64,000 bases of DNA from Candidatus Sumerlaeaceae bacterium. GTDB lineage: Bacteria > Sumerlaeota > Sumerlaeia > Sumerlaeales > Sumerlaeaceae. The notes beneath the pieces were generated by a model that was given only the letters and a program-made list of their open reading frames with translations, was not told where the DNA came from and ran no database searches. The stretch covers positions 224,998-288,997 of the forward strand of contig JBMFRB010000003.1 of the NCBI GenBank assembly GCA_049968255.1, written 5' to 3'. Both the position numbers and the translations under genes were made by a program. Below, piece after piece: positions 50,036 through 61,609 of the stretch (its first letter is position 1; the number at the start of each line of letters is the position of its first letter).

Positions 50036-53000
50036 ATGCCCATGAACCAGCAGTTTTTGCGGCCGGCACCCCAAGGCCTCTATGACCCACAATTTGAACA
50101 CGACGCCTGTGGCGTTGGGTTTGTGGTCGACATAAAGGGCCGCAAGTCGCACGAAATCGTCGAGCAAGCACTCAGGATTCTTGTCAATCTGAGCCACCGC
50201 GGAGCCTGTGGTTGTGATGCCGAAACGGGCGACGGAGCCGGCATTCTCATTCAAATCCCTCACGAGTTTTTCGCGCGCGAGTGCGCCAGGCTGGGAATCC
50301 AACTTCCTGCGCCAGGCCAATATGGCGTCGGCGTGGCTTTTTTCTCTCCTAACCCGGGACACCGTGAGGCGTGCCAACGACGCATCGAGCAGGTCGTCGC
50401 AGAAGAAGGCCAGGAGTTCCTGGGCTGGCGCGACGTGCCCGTGCAGCCGCAATACATCGGCGAAGTCGCGCGCTCGGTCATGCCCATTATCCGGCAGTTC
50501 TTTATCAAAAAGAAAGGAATCTACGCCGGTCAGGATGTTTTTGAGCGTAAGCTCTACGTCATTCGTAAATGGGCCAATCGCCGCATTAAGGATGAACAGC
50601 TGCCTGGCTTTGAAATGTTCTACATGCCCAGTCTGTCGAGCCGAACAGTGATTTATAAGGGCATGCTCATGGCCAAGCAAATCCCGCTGTTTTATCCCGA
50701 CCTCACAGATCCGCTGGTGACGAGCGCGATCGCCCTAGTGCATTCGCGATTCTCGACAAACACATTCCCGAGCTGGGAACTGGCCCACCCTTACCGCATG
50801 ATTGCCCATAACGGCGAAATTAACACGTTGCGCGGAAACCGCAACTGGATGCGCGCGCGCCAGGCCACGCTCACCAGCGCGCTTTTCGGCGACGAAATTT
50901 ATAAACTTTTCCCCTTGGTGACAGAAACCGGCAGCGACTCGGCCACCTTCGACAATGCCTTGGAGTTCCTCGTCATGGGCGGCCGACCTTTGCCGCAAGC
51001 CGTCATGATGATGATCCCCGAAGCGTGGACGGGCAACCCTTACATGGATCCCGACAAGCGCGCATTCTACGAGTACCACGCCTGTCTCATGGAGCCTTGG
51101 GATGGTCCGGCAGCCATCGCCTTCACCGACGGCGTACGCATTGGAGCTGTGCTCGACCGCAACGGGCTGCGGCCTGGACGCTACTGGGTAACGGCCGACG
51201 ATCGTCTCATCTACGCCTCAGAAACAGGGGTGCTCGACATCCCCATTGAGAACGTGATCTACAAAGGCAAGATGCAGCCCGGTCGCATGTTGCTCGTCGA
51301 CACCGAGCAGGGGCGAATCATTGATGACGAAGAAATCAAGCGCAGCATAGCCACGCGTCATCCTTACCGCGAATGGGTCGCCAAAAATATCGTCGATCTC
51401 GACTCGTTGGCTGCTCCGCCGGAGAATTGCTGTCACGATCTCGACGACGAACAGGTCGTGCGGCTGCAACAAGCCTTTGGCTACACGCTCGAGGACCTGC
51501 GCATGCTCATGGCACCTATGGCCGCCAACGGCGAAGAAGCCATTGGCTCGATGGGCAATGACTCCCCGCTTGCCGTTCTTTCGTCGCGGCCGCACCTGCT
51601 TTACAATTACTTCAAACAGCTTTTTGCCCAGGTCACGAATCCCCCCATTGATAGCATCCGCGAAGAGATGGTGATGTCCACCGTCAATTATCTGGGCAAG
51701 TGGGGCAACATCCTCGATGAAGTGCCGCAGCACGCGCGCATGGTGCGCATTCAGCATCCGCTCATCACGAACGAGCAGCTGGATAAGTTGCGCAACCTAG
51801 ATCACGAACATAATCGGGCTATCACACTCCCCATGCTCTTCAACGTCGAGGCCGGCGAGCAAGGGCTTGAGGCGGCCATGGAAGAGCTTTGCGAACGGGC
51901 AGCGCAGGCGTGCCGCGATGGTTATGCGATACTTATTTTGTCCGACCGCGGCGTGGATGAAAAACATGCTCCTATTCCTGCGCTGTTGGCCACAGCCGGT
52001 GTGCATCACTACCTCATTCGCGAAGGGTTGCGCGGATTCGCCAGCCTTGTCGTAGAGACCGGCGAGGCGCGCGAAGTGCACCATTTCGCGCTGCTCATCG
52101 GGTACGGAGCCGGCGCAATCAACCCCTATTTGGCTTTCGAGACCATTGCCGACATGGTGCGCAATCGCACATTGCCTGCGGAGCTGCTGCCGCCAGTCGG
52201 TCTCACTGTCGAGCAGGCGATCAAAAATTACATCAAGGCCGCCGATAAAGCGATCCTCAAGATCATGGCAAAAATGGGCATCAGCACTATCCAAAGCTAT
52301 CAAGGCGCCCAGATCTTTGAAGCCATTGGCCTCGACAAAAGCGTGGTGGATAAGTACTTCACACACACAGCGTCGCGAGTGGGCGGGGTGAAACTCGACG
52401 CTATCGCGCGCGAGACGCTCATCCGCCATCACAACGCGTTCCACGAGGAGCGTTTTGCGCACGATGAGATCCTCGACTGGGGTGGGCAATATCATTGGCG
52501 TCGCGACGGCGAGCCACATTTGTTTAGCCCCGATGCCATTGCCAAGCTCCAGCATGCTGTGCGCATGAACGACTATGCGACGTTCAAGGAGTACAGCAAG
52601 CTCATCAACGATCAGAGCGAAGCGTTGTGCACGCTGCGTGGGCTTTTCCGCTTCCGCAAAGGCCAGCCGATCCCTATCGAACAAGTTGAGCCAGTTGAAT
52701 CCATCGTCAAGCGCTTCGCCACGGGCGCCATGAGCTTCGGCTCGATCAGCAAGGAGGCGCACGAGACACTTGCCATCGCCATGAACCGGTTGGGCGCAAA
52801 AAGCAACACGGGCGAGGGTGGCGAAGATCCCGAGCGCTTCAAACCAGATCCTAACGGCGATCTGAGGCGCAGCGCTATCAAACAGGTGGCAAGCGGGCGT
52901 TTTGGCGTCACCACGAACTATCTCGTGAATGCCGACGAGTTGCAGATCAAGATGGCTCAGGGCGCGAAACCTGGCGAAGGCGGTCAGTTGCCTGGTCACA

Positions 53001-54625
53001 AGGTGTTCCCGGAGATTGCGCGCGTGCGCCATTCGACGCCGTTCGTCGGGCTCATCTCGCCCCCGCCTCACCACGATATTTACTCAATTGAGGACCTTGC
53101 CCAGCTCATTCACGACCTGAAAAACGTGAATCCCTCCGCGCGCATCAGCGTGAAACTGGTGGCGGAAGTCGGCGTTGGTACTGTGGCTGCTGGCGTGGCC
53201 AAAGCTCACGCGGACGTCGTGCTCATTAGCGGGCACGATGGAGGAACCGGAGCGTCTCCGCTGACGTCGATCAAGCACGCCGGCATCCCCTGGGAGCTTG
53301 GACTGGCTGAGACCCAGCAGGTTCTCGTGCTCAACGATCTGCGCAGTCGCATCATCGTGCAGGTGGATGGTCAGCTCAAAACGGGGCGCGACGTGGCCAT
53401 CGCCGCGCTGCTCGGCGCAGAGGAATATGGCTTTGCCACAGCCGCACTCGTCTCGCTGGGCTGCATCATGATGCGCAAATGTCATTTGAATACCTGTCCA
53501 GTAGGTGTGGCCACTCAAGATCCTCGTTTGCGAGAACGTTTCGCTGGACGTCCCGAGCACGTGATCAATTTCTTCCGTTTTGTGGCTCAGGAGCTGCGCG
53601 AGATTATGGCCGAGCTTGGTTTCCGCACGGTGGACGAAATGATCGGGCAAGTGGACATGCTCGACGTGCAGCCGGCCATTGATCACTGGAAAGCCCGCGG
53701 GCTCGACTTCTCGCAAATCCTTTATCAGCCCCCGCGCAAACCCGGCGTGGAAATTCGCTGCGTCAAGGCGCAGGATCATGGGCTCGAGCAGGCCCTCGAC
53801 CATGAGCTTATCCGCCGCTGTCTCCCGGCGCTTGATCGCCTCGAGCCCGTGGCGTTCGAGATGCCGATTCGCAATGTGAATCGAACGGTAGGCGCCATGC
53901 TCAGTGGCGAAGCCGCCAAGCGCTACGCAGAAGAGGGAATGCCGCCAGAAACCATCCACATCAAGTTCCACGGCTCGGCGGGCCAGAGCTTCGGTGTTTG
54001 GCTCTACAAAGGGATCACCTTCGAGCTCGAGGGCGATGCCAATGATTATTTCGGCAAGGGACTGAGCGGCGGACGACTTATTATTTATCCGCCGCGCAAG
54101 GCGCGCTTCGTGCCCGAGGAAAACATCATTATCGGCAACACCTGCTTTTACGGCGCAACCAGTGGCGAAGCGTATATCCTTGGCCGCGCTGGCGAGCGCT
54201 TCGCCGTTCGCAATAGCGGTGCCAAGTGCGTCGTGGAAGGCGTAGGTGACCACGGCTGCGAGTACATGACAGGCGGTACAGTTGTCGTGATTGGCCCGAC
54301 CGGTCGAAATTTTGCAGCCGGAATGAGTGGCGGCATCGCCTTTGTGCTCAACGAGGATGGAAAATTCGAGCAGCGTTGCAACACCGCAATGGTGGATCTG
54401 GAAAGCGTCGAGGACCCAAAGGATATCGAGCTGCTCGAACTTATGCTTCGCAATCATGCCAAGCTCACCGGCAGCACCGTGGCTCAACGCATTCTTGAGA
54501 ATTTCGAGGACTACTTGCCGCGCTTCGTGAAAATCATGCCGCGCGACTTCCGCCGCGCGCTGCAACAGCTCGACGAGAACGCACGCGCTCAGGCCGAAGC
54601 CAAGCTCGTGCCCATCCCGGCGTAG
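50036..54625 (+). CDS. gltB: Glutamate synthase large subunit
   Basis: HDACGVGF (Ntn Cys), [66 protein letters not shown]-domain; 1529 aa. Confidence 0.97.
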   Translation: MPMNQQFLRPAPQGLYDPQFEHDACGVGFVVDIKGRKSHEIVEQALRILVNLSHRGACGCDAETGDGAGILIQIPHEFFARECARLGIQLPAPGQYGVGVAFFSPNPGHREACQRRIEQVVAEEGQEFLGWRDVPVQPQYIGEVARSVMPIIRQFFIKKKGIYAGQDVFERKLYVIRKWANRRIKDEQLPGFEMFYMPSLSSRTVIYKGMLMAKQIPLFYPDLTDPLVTSAIALVHSRFSTNTFPSWELAHPYRMIAHNGEINTLRGNRNWMRARQATLTSALFGDEIYKLFPLVTETGSDSATFDNALEFLVMGGRPLPQAVMMMIPEAWTGNPYMDPDKRAFYEYHACLMEPWDGPAAIAFTDGVRIGAVLDRNGLRPGRYWVTADDRLIYASETGVLDIPIENVIYKGKMQPGRMLLVDTEQGRIIDDEEIKRSIATRHPYREWVAKNIVDLDSLAAPPENCCHDLDDEQVVRLQQAFGYTLEDLRMLMAPMAANGEEAIGSMGNDSPLAVLSSRPHLLYNYFKQLFAQVTNPPIDSIREEMVMSTVNYLGKWGNILDEVPQHARMVRIQHPLITNEQLDKLRNLDHEHNRAITLPMLFNVEAGEQGLEAAMEELCERAAQACRDGYAILILSDRGVDEKHAPIPALLATAGVHHYLIREGLRGFASLVVETGEAREVHHFALLIGYGAGAINPYLAFETIADMVRNRTLPAELLPPVGLTVEQAIKNYIKAADKAILKIMAKMGISTIQSYQGAQIFEAIGLDKSVVDKYFTHTASRVGGVKLDAIARETLIRHHNAFHEERFAHDEILDWGGQYHWRRDGEPHLFSPDAIAKLQHAVRMNDYATFKEYSKLINDQSEALCTLRGLFRFRKGQPIPIEQVEPVESIVKRFATGAMSFGSISKEAHETLAIAMNRLGAKSNTGEGGEDPERFKPDPNGDLRRSAIKQVASGRFGVTTNYLVNADELQIKMAQGAKPGEGGQLPGHKVFPEIARVRHSTPFVGLISPPPHHDIYSIEDLAQLIHDLKNVNPSARISVKLVAEVGVGTVAAGVAKAHADVVLISGHDGGTGASPLTSIKHAGIPWELGLAETQQVLVLNDLRSRIIVQVDGQLKTGRDVAIAALLGAEEYGFATAALVSLGCIMMRKCHLNTCPVGVATQDPRLRERFAGRPEHVINFFRFVAQELREIMAELGFRTVDEMIGQVDMLDVQPAIDHWKARGLDFSQILYQPPRKPGVEIRCVKAQDHGLEQALDHELIRRCLPALDRLEPVAFEMPIRNVNRTVGAMLSGEAAKRYAEEGMPPETIHIKFHGSAGQSFGVWLYKGITFELEGDANDYFGKGLSGGRLIIYPPRKARFVPEENIIIGNTCFYGATSGEAYILGRAGERFAVRNSGAKCVVEGVGDHGCEYMTGGTVVVIGPTGRNFAAGMSGGIAFVLNEDGKFEQRCNTAMVDLESVEDPKDIELLELMLRNHAKLTGSTVAQRILENFEDYLPRFVKIMPRDFRRALQQLDENARAQAEAKLVPIPA

Positions 54626-54685
54626 CTTCGGGGCTAAAGCGAAAAAATTCTCGGGCGCAATGTTAGGCCAACACACAGCGAGCAC

Positions 54686-54736
54686 CGTCGCGACGTGCAG
54701 CACGCTCTCGTGGGTCACGTCGCGACGCTTTTTATT
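54686..54736 (+). terminator. Intrinsic terminator downstream of gltB
   Basis: Perfect 12-bp inverted repeat CGTCGCGACGTG (54686-54697) / CACGTCGCGACG (54716-54727) followed by CTTTTTATT. Confidence 0.65.
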
Positions 54737-54872
54737 GACGAAGCTCGTTCGCTCCATGTCATGTGAGACTAGGATATTCTGGCGTGCCATGGGCTCCGCT
54801 TGCAGCACCGGGAGGGTGCAGAAAAGGGATTGCCACGGAGGCGGCGCTAGCCAAAAGGGAGGGGCGGCAATC

Positions 54873-55526
54873 ATGATGCAAGCGGAACAGCGCCACAGAA
54901 CTGTCGGTAAGCTTCCCCTGCCACGTGGGGCGCAGCACAAATGCGTGTGGCGAGGGAAGGTTCACTTTCGCTGGTCGTTGGCGCTTGCTACCATTTCTTC
55001 GTTACTTTCCGCATGCTCCATGCTGCGTCCTCCTTTCGATGTGACCAGCCGTGGCCTCAGCGAAACCCTTCGCTTGCCCCCATCTGTCCACGCGACTCTC
55101 CAACGAAAAAGATTTCAGCTGCTACCTTCCGGCGAGGCACGCAAACCAACCAAGGTCTGGTGGTGCGTGCGTCCGGTGAACATCCCCGCTGGGCGGATGG
55201 CAGCCGCTGTCGGCTGGTATCACGAATGGATCCTGGCTCCGGGCTTTGAGAAAGGAGCTGATTTCGCTGGCTCGGATTCCGTTCGCGGCACGTGGCCACC
55301 TTCGCCTTTAGCCTTGCTACAACCGCTCCATGCCAACGAACACAAAGGGGCTGCGCTGGCACCCGAGACATATGCGCGCGAAATCAGGCGTGTGTCGCCT
55401 CAGCTTATACGCAAAGCCGCTGCTAATACGCCGCACGCTGGATTCTTCCCTTTTCCCTTTCACAATTGCAACACATGGGTTCGGAAAGTCATCCGAAAAG
55501 CGTGCACTTACGAGAATCAACTTTAG
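54873..55526 (+). CDS. Putative lipoprotein, possible permuted papain-like (His...Asn-Cys) domain; start may be GTG 54945
   Basis: Lipobox-like SLLSAC after a basic/hydrophobic leader; GWYHEWIL and HNCNTWV motifs. Confidence 0.55.
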   Translation: MMQAEQRHRTVGKLPLPRGAQHKCVWRGKVHFRWSLALATISSLLSACSMLRPPFDVTSRGLSETLRLPPSVHATLQRKRFQLLPSGEARKPTKVWWCVRPVNIPAGRMAAAVGWYHEWILAPGFEKGADFAGSDSVRGTWPPSPLALLQPLHANEHKGAALAPETYAREIRRVSPQLIRKAAANTPHAGFFPFPFHNCNTWVRKVIRKACTYENQL

Positions 55527-55600
55527 CACTGGACACCGCGTGTGCCGCAGCGCTACGCTCCCGGGTGAATGTGAACTAACGAAAGGCGACGCTTTCGACA

Positions 55601-56047
55601 ATGTTGCAATTCAGCTCCAGTCCCTTGTGGAAAGTATGGAGACTAGTCGGCGTGCTCGTTGTGGCATTCGCGCTGACCGGCTGTGCGGGGCTTAGCTTCG
55701 GACGACGTTCTCAGCCTGAGTGGGTTGTGGCCTCCGCCACGGCTCCTTACCGCGCCGTCGACGTTCCGGGACGCCAGCGCCGAGAGGCGCAAAATGATGC
55801 GGAAACTCTGGCACGCCGCCAGCTGCTCAACGAAATTGGACGGATGCGGGTGACAGGCAAAAGCACCCTCAACGATCTCATCGCCCGAGATCCCCGGCTC
55901 CGTGCGGCTGTGCTCGACCTCGTCCGCACCGCTGAGGTCTACGATTGGCGGGTGGACGAGACGCGTGGCGAAGTTAGCGTAAGCATTCGCTTAGATCGCA
56001 ATCGCATCTGCGAACTTCTTGCCCCGAATAATGAAACCAGAAAATAG
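55601..56047 (+). CDS. Small lipoprotein (LPP20-like)
   Basis: Lipobox AFALTGC; AQNDAETLARRQLLNEIG helix. Confidence 0.65.
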   Translation: MLQFSSSPLWKVWRLVGVLVVAFALTGCAGLSFGRRSQPEWVVASATAPYRAVDVPGRQRREAQNDAETLARRQLLNEIGRMRVTGKSTLNDLIARDPRLRAAVLDLVRTAEVYDWRVDETRGEVSVSIRLDRNRICELLAPNNETRK

Positions 56048-56906
56048 CGGCGAGGCGACGACGTCGCGCCCCGAAACTGTTCTCATGGAGCCAGCGCACT
56101 GCCGTGTGGTGCTTCACTGTTCAGACATCCACGTGGGGCGGCGCTTTCAGCCTCAACCCGCAGAGGGCCTCATGCGAGCGGCGAAGCGTATCGCTCCTGA
56201 TGCAGTCATCGTTTCAGGCGATCTCACCATGCGGGCGCGCCAAGGTCAATTCCGCCAAGCCCGCGCGTTGCTTGATCGCTTGCCTCACCCCATGGTTGTC
56301 ATTCCGGGGAATCACGATATTCCGCTCTACAATTTGCCCATGCGTCTCCTGATTCCCTTTGCCAACTACAATCGTTGGATTGCGGAACTCGATGATGGCG
56401 TGCTGAATCTTGGCGTATGCGCTGTTTGGGCCGTAAACACGATCAACCCCTTCGTGCATCAGAAGGGGAGAATTCTGGAGCAGGACCTGGAGGCAATTGA
56501 GCGTTGGTCGGGCTCACTCCCCCCCGATCTCTGGCGCGTTCTGGTGGTTCACCAGCACTTCGCCAACACTCCCGACAACCCACGGCCAGGGATTTATCGG
56601 CACGCTCGCGAGTTGCTGGCGCGCCTAGCTCGCGCTGGCGTCCATCTTGTGTTGCACGGACATGTTCACCAATCTGGCTTCCATTTGGCAAGCGAGCTCT
56701 TCGCCGAGTTTCCGCATCCCATGGTGGTTGCGGCTGCCGGCACAGTCTCAAGCGGTCGAACCCGCGGTGGGGAGCGACTTTATCAATTCAATTTGCTAAC
56801 ATTTGAGTACGAAAAGTTTTCTGTTCAGATCTGGAATTGGAATGCGGCACGAGGCGAGTTCGAGGCCGGCGAATGGCGAGAATTCCCACGAGCAATGTTT
56901 AGCTGA
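56031..56906 (+). CDS. Calcineurin-like metallophosphoesterase (CpdA/Icc-like)
   Basis: SDIH, SGDLT, PGNHD, VHQH, LHGHVH. Confidence 0.9.
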   Translation: MKPENSGEATTSRPETVLMEPAHCRVVLHCSDIHVGRRFQPQPAEGLMRAAKRIAPDAVIVSGDLTMRARQGQFRQARALLDRLPHPMVVIPGNHDIPLYNLPMRLLIPFANYNRWIAELDDGVLNLGVCAVWAVNTINPFVHQKGRILEQDLEAIERWSGSLPPDLWRVLVVHQHFANTPDNPRPGIYRHARELLARLARAGVHLVLHGHVHQSGFHLASELFAEFPHPMVVAAAGTVSSGRTRGGERLYQFNLLTFEYEKFSVQIWNWNAARGEFEAGEWREFPRAMFS

Positions 56907-56919
56907 CGCGGAGCACACC

Positions 56920-57657
56920 ATGCCCATCCTGACATATCACCACATTGGAGAGCTTCCGCCCACGGAGCGGGAGCATGCCGGTCTGTGGGTGAGCGCAGAA
57001 AACTTCGCGCAGCAGCTGGCATGGTTGCGTGCGAAAGGATTCGTCGGTTTGCGTGTGAGCGAACTTGCGCGTGTGCTGCGCGAGGGGCGCAAAGTGCCGG
57101 TCCGTTGGGTAGCTATCACGTTCGACGACGGATGGCGCGACAATTTTACGACGGCCTGGCCTCTCTTGCGCGAGTTTCGATTCCCCGCCACGATTTTTGT
57201 GACCACGCAGAAGCTGCGCTCTGGTGCCGTGGGCGACTCGCCCTTCGAGATGATGTCCGCCGATGAGCTCACTGAGTTGGCGGCGCATGGCATGGAGATC
57301 GGGAGTCACACGCGCACGCACCCGAAGCTTACGCGCTTGCCAGACGATGCTGCGCGCGAAGAGATCGCTGGCTCACGCGAAGACCTACGTCAGCTGCTTG
57401 GCGTGGCGCCCTCAAGCTTCGCCTATCCCTATGGTGCCCACTCGGCACGCATTGAGCGCCTCGTGCGCGAGGCCGGCTATTTCGCCGCTGTGAGCACTAT
57501 TCGCGATAATCGAGTTCACCCCGACCAGTTGTTTCATATGCCGCGCGTCATGGTCATGCGCACGACGTCGCTCCGGCGCTTCGCCTACATGTTCTCGTTC
57601 GCTTATCATGCTGTGCACAGTTGGAAGAATCTGAGTCGGTGGAGAGACGGCCGATGA
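56920..57657 (+). CDS. Polysaccharide deacetylase (NodB/CE4-like)
   Basis: PILTYHHI, ITFDDG, ATIFV, GSHTRTH, FAYPYG. Confidence 0.92.
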   Translation: MPILTYHHIGELPPTEREHAGLWVSAENFAQQLAWLRAKGFVGLRVSELARVLREGRKVPVRWVAITFDDGWRDNFTTAWPLLREFRFPATIFVTTQKLRSGAVGDSPFEMMSADELTELAAHGMEIGSHTRTHPKLTRLPDDAAREEIAGSREDLRQLLGVAPSSFAYPYGAHSARIERLVREAGYFAAVSTIRDNRVHPDQLFHMPRVMVMRTTSLRRFAYMFSFAYHAVHSWKNLSRWRDGR

Positions 57658-58766
57658 AGGTACTCCACACCAATTTCCTTCGCGGCTGGGGTGGCCAATC
57701 GAACCGCATCCTCACAGAATGCGTGGGGCTGGCAGCGCGTGGCTGGCAAGTACTACTCAGCGTGCCGCCTGGCAGCGAGCTGGCGAAGCGCGCACGCACC
57801 GCTGGCCTCGCTGTGGACGAATCCATCAGTTACGGCCCGCTCGTGAGGGCCCTCTTGGCCGGCGATGTGCGAAACTTCACCGCTCTGGTCGAACGTTTTC
57901 AGCCCGACATCATCCATTTGCACGGCGGACGCGACTCGTGGATCGCGGCCCTCGCGCTGGGCTGGCGCCAAAAGCGCCCTCTCATCCTTCGCACGAAGCA
58001 CAACGTCTTCCCTATCATCGGACACCCGCTAAACCGATGCCTTTATGGGCGTTTCTTCGATGGCATCGTGTGCATATCCTCGTCTATCGTGAAGCAGTGC
58101 GCCGACACCCGCTACATTTCGCCGGAAAAGCTGGTTCTCATCCCGAGCGCCTGCGACGCGGAGCGATTTGCCCGCGCTACCGAAGCCCGCGAGAAAAAGC
58201 GCGAGGAATTTGGTTTCCACCCAAGCGATGTGGTCATCGTCATGTCTGGTCGCTTCCGCCCAGAGAAGGGGCACGATATTCTTCTGGCAGCAGCGCCGCA
58301 TATTCTCGAGGCGCTACCCAACGTAAAATTTCTGCTGCTTGGAAGCGGTTCGCTGCAAGGGACCGTCGAAGCACGGCTGCGCGCGCAAGGTTTGTTCGGA
58401 TCGATTGTGCTAGCTGGGTTTCGCTCAGACGTTGCAGAGTGTCTTGCCGCTGCCGATCTTGCCGTGCAGCCATCCCGCTCAGAGGGGCTCGGAACAGCGG
58501 TGCTTGAAGCAAGTGCGATCGGCTTGCCTGTCGTGGCCACGGCGGTGGGCGGAATCCCAGATATTGTCGTGCATGGTGAGACGGGCCTTCTCGTTCCACC
58601 CGAAGATCCCGAGGCCCTCGCGCAGGCGCTTATTCAACTTGCCCAAAATCCCGAGCAGCGAGCTGCTCTTGGTCGCGCAGCACAGCAGCGTGTCGCCACT
58701 CTGTTTTCGGTCGAGCGCCTTATCGAATTGACCGACAACTACTACCGTCGTCTTCTCGGACTCTGA
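57654..58766 (+). CDS. Glycosyltransferase family 4
   Basis: WGGQ, GRFRPEKG, GFRSDV, PSRSEGLGTAVLEA, GGIPDIV; ATGA overlap with the deacetylase stop. Confidence 0.92.
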   Translation: MKVLHTNFLRGWGGQSNRILTECVGLAARGWQVLLSVPPGSELAKRARTAGLAVDESISYGPLVRALLAGDVRNFTALVERFQPDIIHLHGGRDSWIAALALGWRQKRPLILRTKHNVFPIIGHPLNRCLYGRFFDGIVCISSSIVKQCADTRYISPEKLVLIPSACDAERFARATEAREKKREEFGFHPSDVVIVMSGRFRPEKGHDILLAAAPHILEALPNVKFLLLGSGSLQGTVEARLRAQGLFGSIVLAGFRSDVAECLAAADLAVQPSRSEGLGTAVLEASAIGLPVVATAVGGIPDIVVHGETGLLVPPEDPEALAQALIQLAQNPEQRAALGRAAQQRVATLFSVERLIELTDNYYRRLLGL

Positions 58767-58917
58767 AGTCACCCTTGTGCGTGCTTATCAACAATGCCCA
58801 ACGCCGAAAATGGCCCTGCATGCACGAACACTTGCCACGAGTAGATTGTTTCCTTCAAGCTAGGTTCACACAGATGCACAGTGCACCTGTTGAAGGTTAG
58901 CCGATGGAAAAGAACAT

Positions 58918-61608
58918 ATGAGCACAACGCCCCCATCGCCCGGTGGCACCCATTATCAACTCGATCTTGATCGCGTGCGTCGTCAGGAATTTCTCGCAAG
59001 CGCCAACGAGCAACTTCGCCAAGCGCGCGAACAGCATATCAAAGCGTGCCTTCGACGGGGCGGCATGCAAGCTTCCCAAGAGCTCGCGGCTGCCATGGAC
59101 GCCTTGCTCGTTCGCATTGCGGAGTGGGTCGTGCGAGAGGCAGGGCTCGGTCGCGCGGACTACGGGCGCGTGGCCATTGTGGCGCAGGGTGGCTACGGGC
59201 GAGGTCAGCTCAATCTTTTCTCGGATGTGGATTTGCTCCTGCTGCTTCCGGATAAGCCGACGCCCACAGAGCAAGCCTTCGCGACCAGTTTTCTTTACAT
59301 GCTTTGGGATTTGCGAGGCATTGAGCTGGGCCACGCAGCCAAACGAGTGGAGGAAGCGCTGAGTGCGGCGGGGAGCGATCTCGATTCCACGACCACGCTC
59401 ATTCACACGCGACTTGTCTTTGGCAATGCAGAGCTGCTCGAATCTCTACAGAAGGAGCTTGCTGCACGCCTGCAGGGGGCAAAGCGTCGCTGGTTTGTCG
59501 AGGCAGTCCTCGAATCTGCGCGCGCGCGTCACGAAAAATACGGCCGTTCCATCTACCTGCTCGAGCCGAATATCAAAGAAGGCGAAGGCGGACTGCGCGA
59601 CACTCATGCCCTGCTCTGGCTCAGCTACGCGCTGCTTGGCAGCGCAGAGTCGCACATGCTCGTTGGCCACGGCGTGCTAGAACCGAACGAACTTCTTGCC
59701 ATGGCCGACGCAGTGGATTTCCTCCTCTGCGTGCGGAGCCTTCTCCATGAGCTCGAAGGCCGCAAAGCTGACACTCTGACGCAAGGACGTCAGCCCGTCA
59801 TCGCGAAAAAACTGCATTATCGCTCCGACCCGGTGCTTCTCGCGGAGGAGCGCATGATGAAGGATTACTACCTACGCGCCCGGTCAATAGACCGCTACTC
59901 GCGCAAAGCCACACGCCTGCTCACCACCAAAGCACGAGGACTCTTCGCAACAGTATTCGACTCGATGCGCGAACGCTCGCTCGATGAACATTATGCGGCG
60001 CGGGGCGACATGCTTTATCTCAAAAAGCCCGACATTGCGTTTTTCCTCGAAGATCCACCACGCATCATGGAATGCTTCTGGCTAGCCGCGAGCACGGGGC
60101 TCACACTGAGCGATGAATTGAAGGACATCATGGTCCAGTCACGCACAGCCACGGCCACAGATCAATTCCGCGGCTCGCCGCGCTGCCGCGATGCGTTCAT
60201 GCGCATTCTCGCGCTCAAAAACGGCGCCGCCAGTGCGCTTCACCAGATGCACGAAACGCACGTGCTCATGGATTACATCCCGGAATTTCAGAAACTCTTC
60301 TGCCTCGTGCGTGTGGATTACTATCATCGCTATACGGTGGACGAGCACTCAATCAAAGCAATCGAAGTAGCGGAAGAACTCATCTCTGGCCGGGCCAAGG
60401 TGCCCCCCGATCTTTACGACGCTGCGCGAGCTATCCAGAGGTGGGACCTCCTCAACCTTGCGCTGCTGCTCCACGACATCGGAAAGGGCGAAGGGCATGG
60501 CCATGTTCTTCGCGGTGCTGGCATGTCCAAGCAGATTACACAACGCATGGGGCTGGCTCCTGAGGATCAGGAAGTCGTGCGCCTGCTTGTGGGACAGCAT
60601 TTGAAAATGGTGCATATTTCACAACGCCGTGATCTCAGCGACCCCGCCGTCATTCAAGACATGGCCAATGCCGTGGGCGACGAACAGCTCCTGGCAATGC
60701 TCTATGTGCTCTCGTATTGCGACACAAGCGCAGTAGGGCCAGAGGTATGGACGGATTGGAAAGCCGCGCTTTTGTCCGAACTCTATCGGCGCACTTGTCA
60801 GCTGCTGGCAGGCCACGAGCTCAAGCTTGAGCTCGACCCCGAAGAGCACGCTCAGCTCGTCGAGCAATTGGCCGCCACGCTGGGCGAACATGCAACACCC
60901 AGTGAGGTGCGCACTTTTCTCGACAACATGCCACCAAAGTATCTCAACACTGTACCGGTGGAGAAAATGGCGCAGCACTTTCTCATGCGGCGCGAGCTCG
61001 ATGATCACAATCGGGTCGTGTGGACAACGCACGATCCCGTGGGCATGAATTACACCGAGCTCACTGTGGTTGCGCGTGACGTTCCCGGTTTGCTCAGTGT
61101 CTTGTGCGGCGCGCTCAGCTCGCGAAAAATTAACATCCTTAGCGTGCAGGTTTACTCAACAAAGGATGGCTATGCCATTGACACCTTCCAAGTGACCGAT
61201 TTGCGCGGACATCGTTTGCCTCAGGGAATGCGGCTTGATCGCCTGCGACACGAAGTAAACCGTGTGCTGTGCGGTCAGGCCAAAGCGTCCGAACTCTTCC
61301 AGCATGTCGTGCCGAGGGTGCGTCCGAGATCCGAGGTGGAGGTCGTCAAGCCGCCGCAGATTCTCATCGATAACGACACCTCGCCAGCTTACACGATTGT
61401 TGAGGTGAAAACTTATGATCGCCCCGGGCTGCTTTACGATATCACCTCGATTTGCGCCGCTATGGGCTTCAATATCCATCTCGCCCTCATCACGACCGAA
61501 GCGTATCGCGTGGTGGATGTCTTTTATCTCACTGATACCGACAATAATAAGCTTACAGAACAGCGCATATTGAAGAAGCTCACGGACGCCCTCAAGCAGG
61601 TGGTATAA
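58918..61608 (+). CDS. glnD: PII uridylyltransferase/uridylyl-removing enzyme
   Basis: AQGGYGRG..FSDVDLL, LEPNIKEGEGGLRD, YHRYTVDEH, LLHDIGKG (HD), two ACT domains (DVPGLL, DRPGLL..DVFY). Confidence 0.95.
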   Translation: MSTTPPSPGGTHYQLDLDRVRRQEFLASANEQLRQAREQHIKACLRRGGMQASQELAAAMDALLVRIAEWVVREAGLGRADYGRVAIVAQGGYGRGQLNLFSDVDLLLLLPDKPTPTEQAFATSFLYMLWDLRGIELGHAAKRVEEALSAAGSDLDSTTTLIHTRLVFGNAELLESLQKELAARLQGAKRRWFVEAVLESARARHEKYGRSIYLLEPNIKEGEGGLRDTHALLWLSYALLGSAESHMLVGHGVLEPNELLAMADAVDFLLCVRSLLHELEGRKADTLTQGRQPVIAKKLHYRSDPVLLAEERMMKDYYLRARSIDRYSRKATRLLTTKARGLFATVFDSMRERSLDEHYAARGDMLYLKKPDIAFFLEDPPRIMECFWLAASTGLTLSDELKDIMVQSRTATATDQFRGSPRCRDAFMRILALKNGAASALHQMHETHVLMDYIPEFQKLFCLVRVDYYHRYTVDEHSIKAIEVAEELISGRAKVPPDLYDAARAIQRWDLLNLALLLHDIGKGEGHGHVLRGAGMSKQITQRMGLAPEDQEVVRLLVGQHLKMVHISQRRDLSDPAVIQDMANAVGDEQLLAMLYVLSYCDTSAVGPEVWTDWKAALLSELYRRTCQLLAGHELKLELDPEEHAQLVEQLAATLGEHATPSEVRTFLDNMPPKYLNTVPVEKMAQHFLMRRELDDHNRVVWTTHDPVGMNYTELTVVARDVPGLLSVLCGALSSRKINILSVQVYSTKDGYAIDTFQVTDLRGHRLPQGMRLDRLRHEVNRVLCGQAKASELFQHVVPRVRPRSEVEVVKPPQILIDNDTSPAYTIVEVKTYDRPGLLYDITSICAAMGFNIHLALITTEAYRVVDVFYLTDTDNNKLTEQRILKKLTDALKQVV

Positions 61609-61609
61609 T

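Noticed and set aside
51797-54940. 425-aa and 618-aa minus-strand ORFs
   Set aside because: Antisense shadows of gltB with no recognisable domains.
58874-58886. NtrC-like TGCAC/GTGCA half-sites upstream of glnD
   Set aside because: Half-sites are 1 nt apart instead of about 7, and no properly spaced -24/-12 element was seen.
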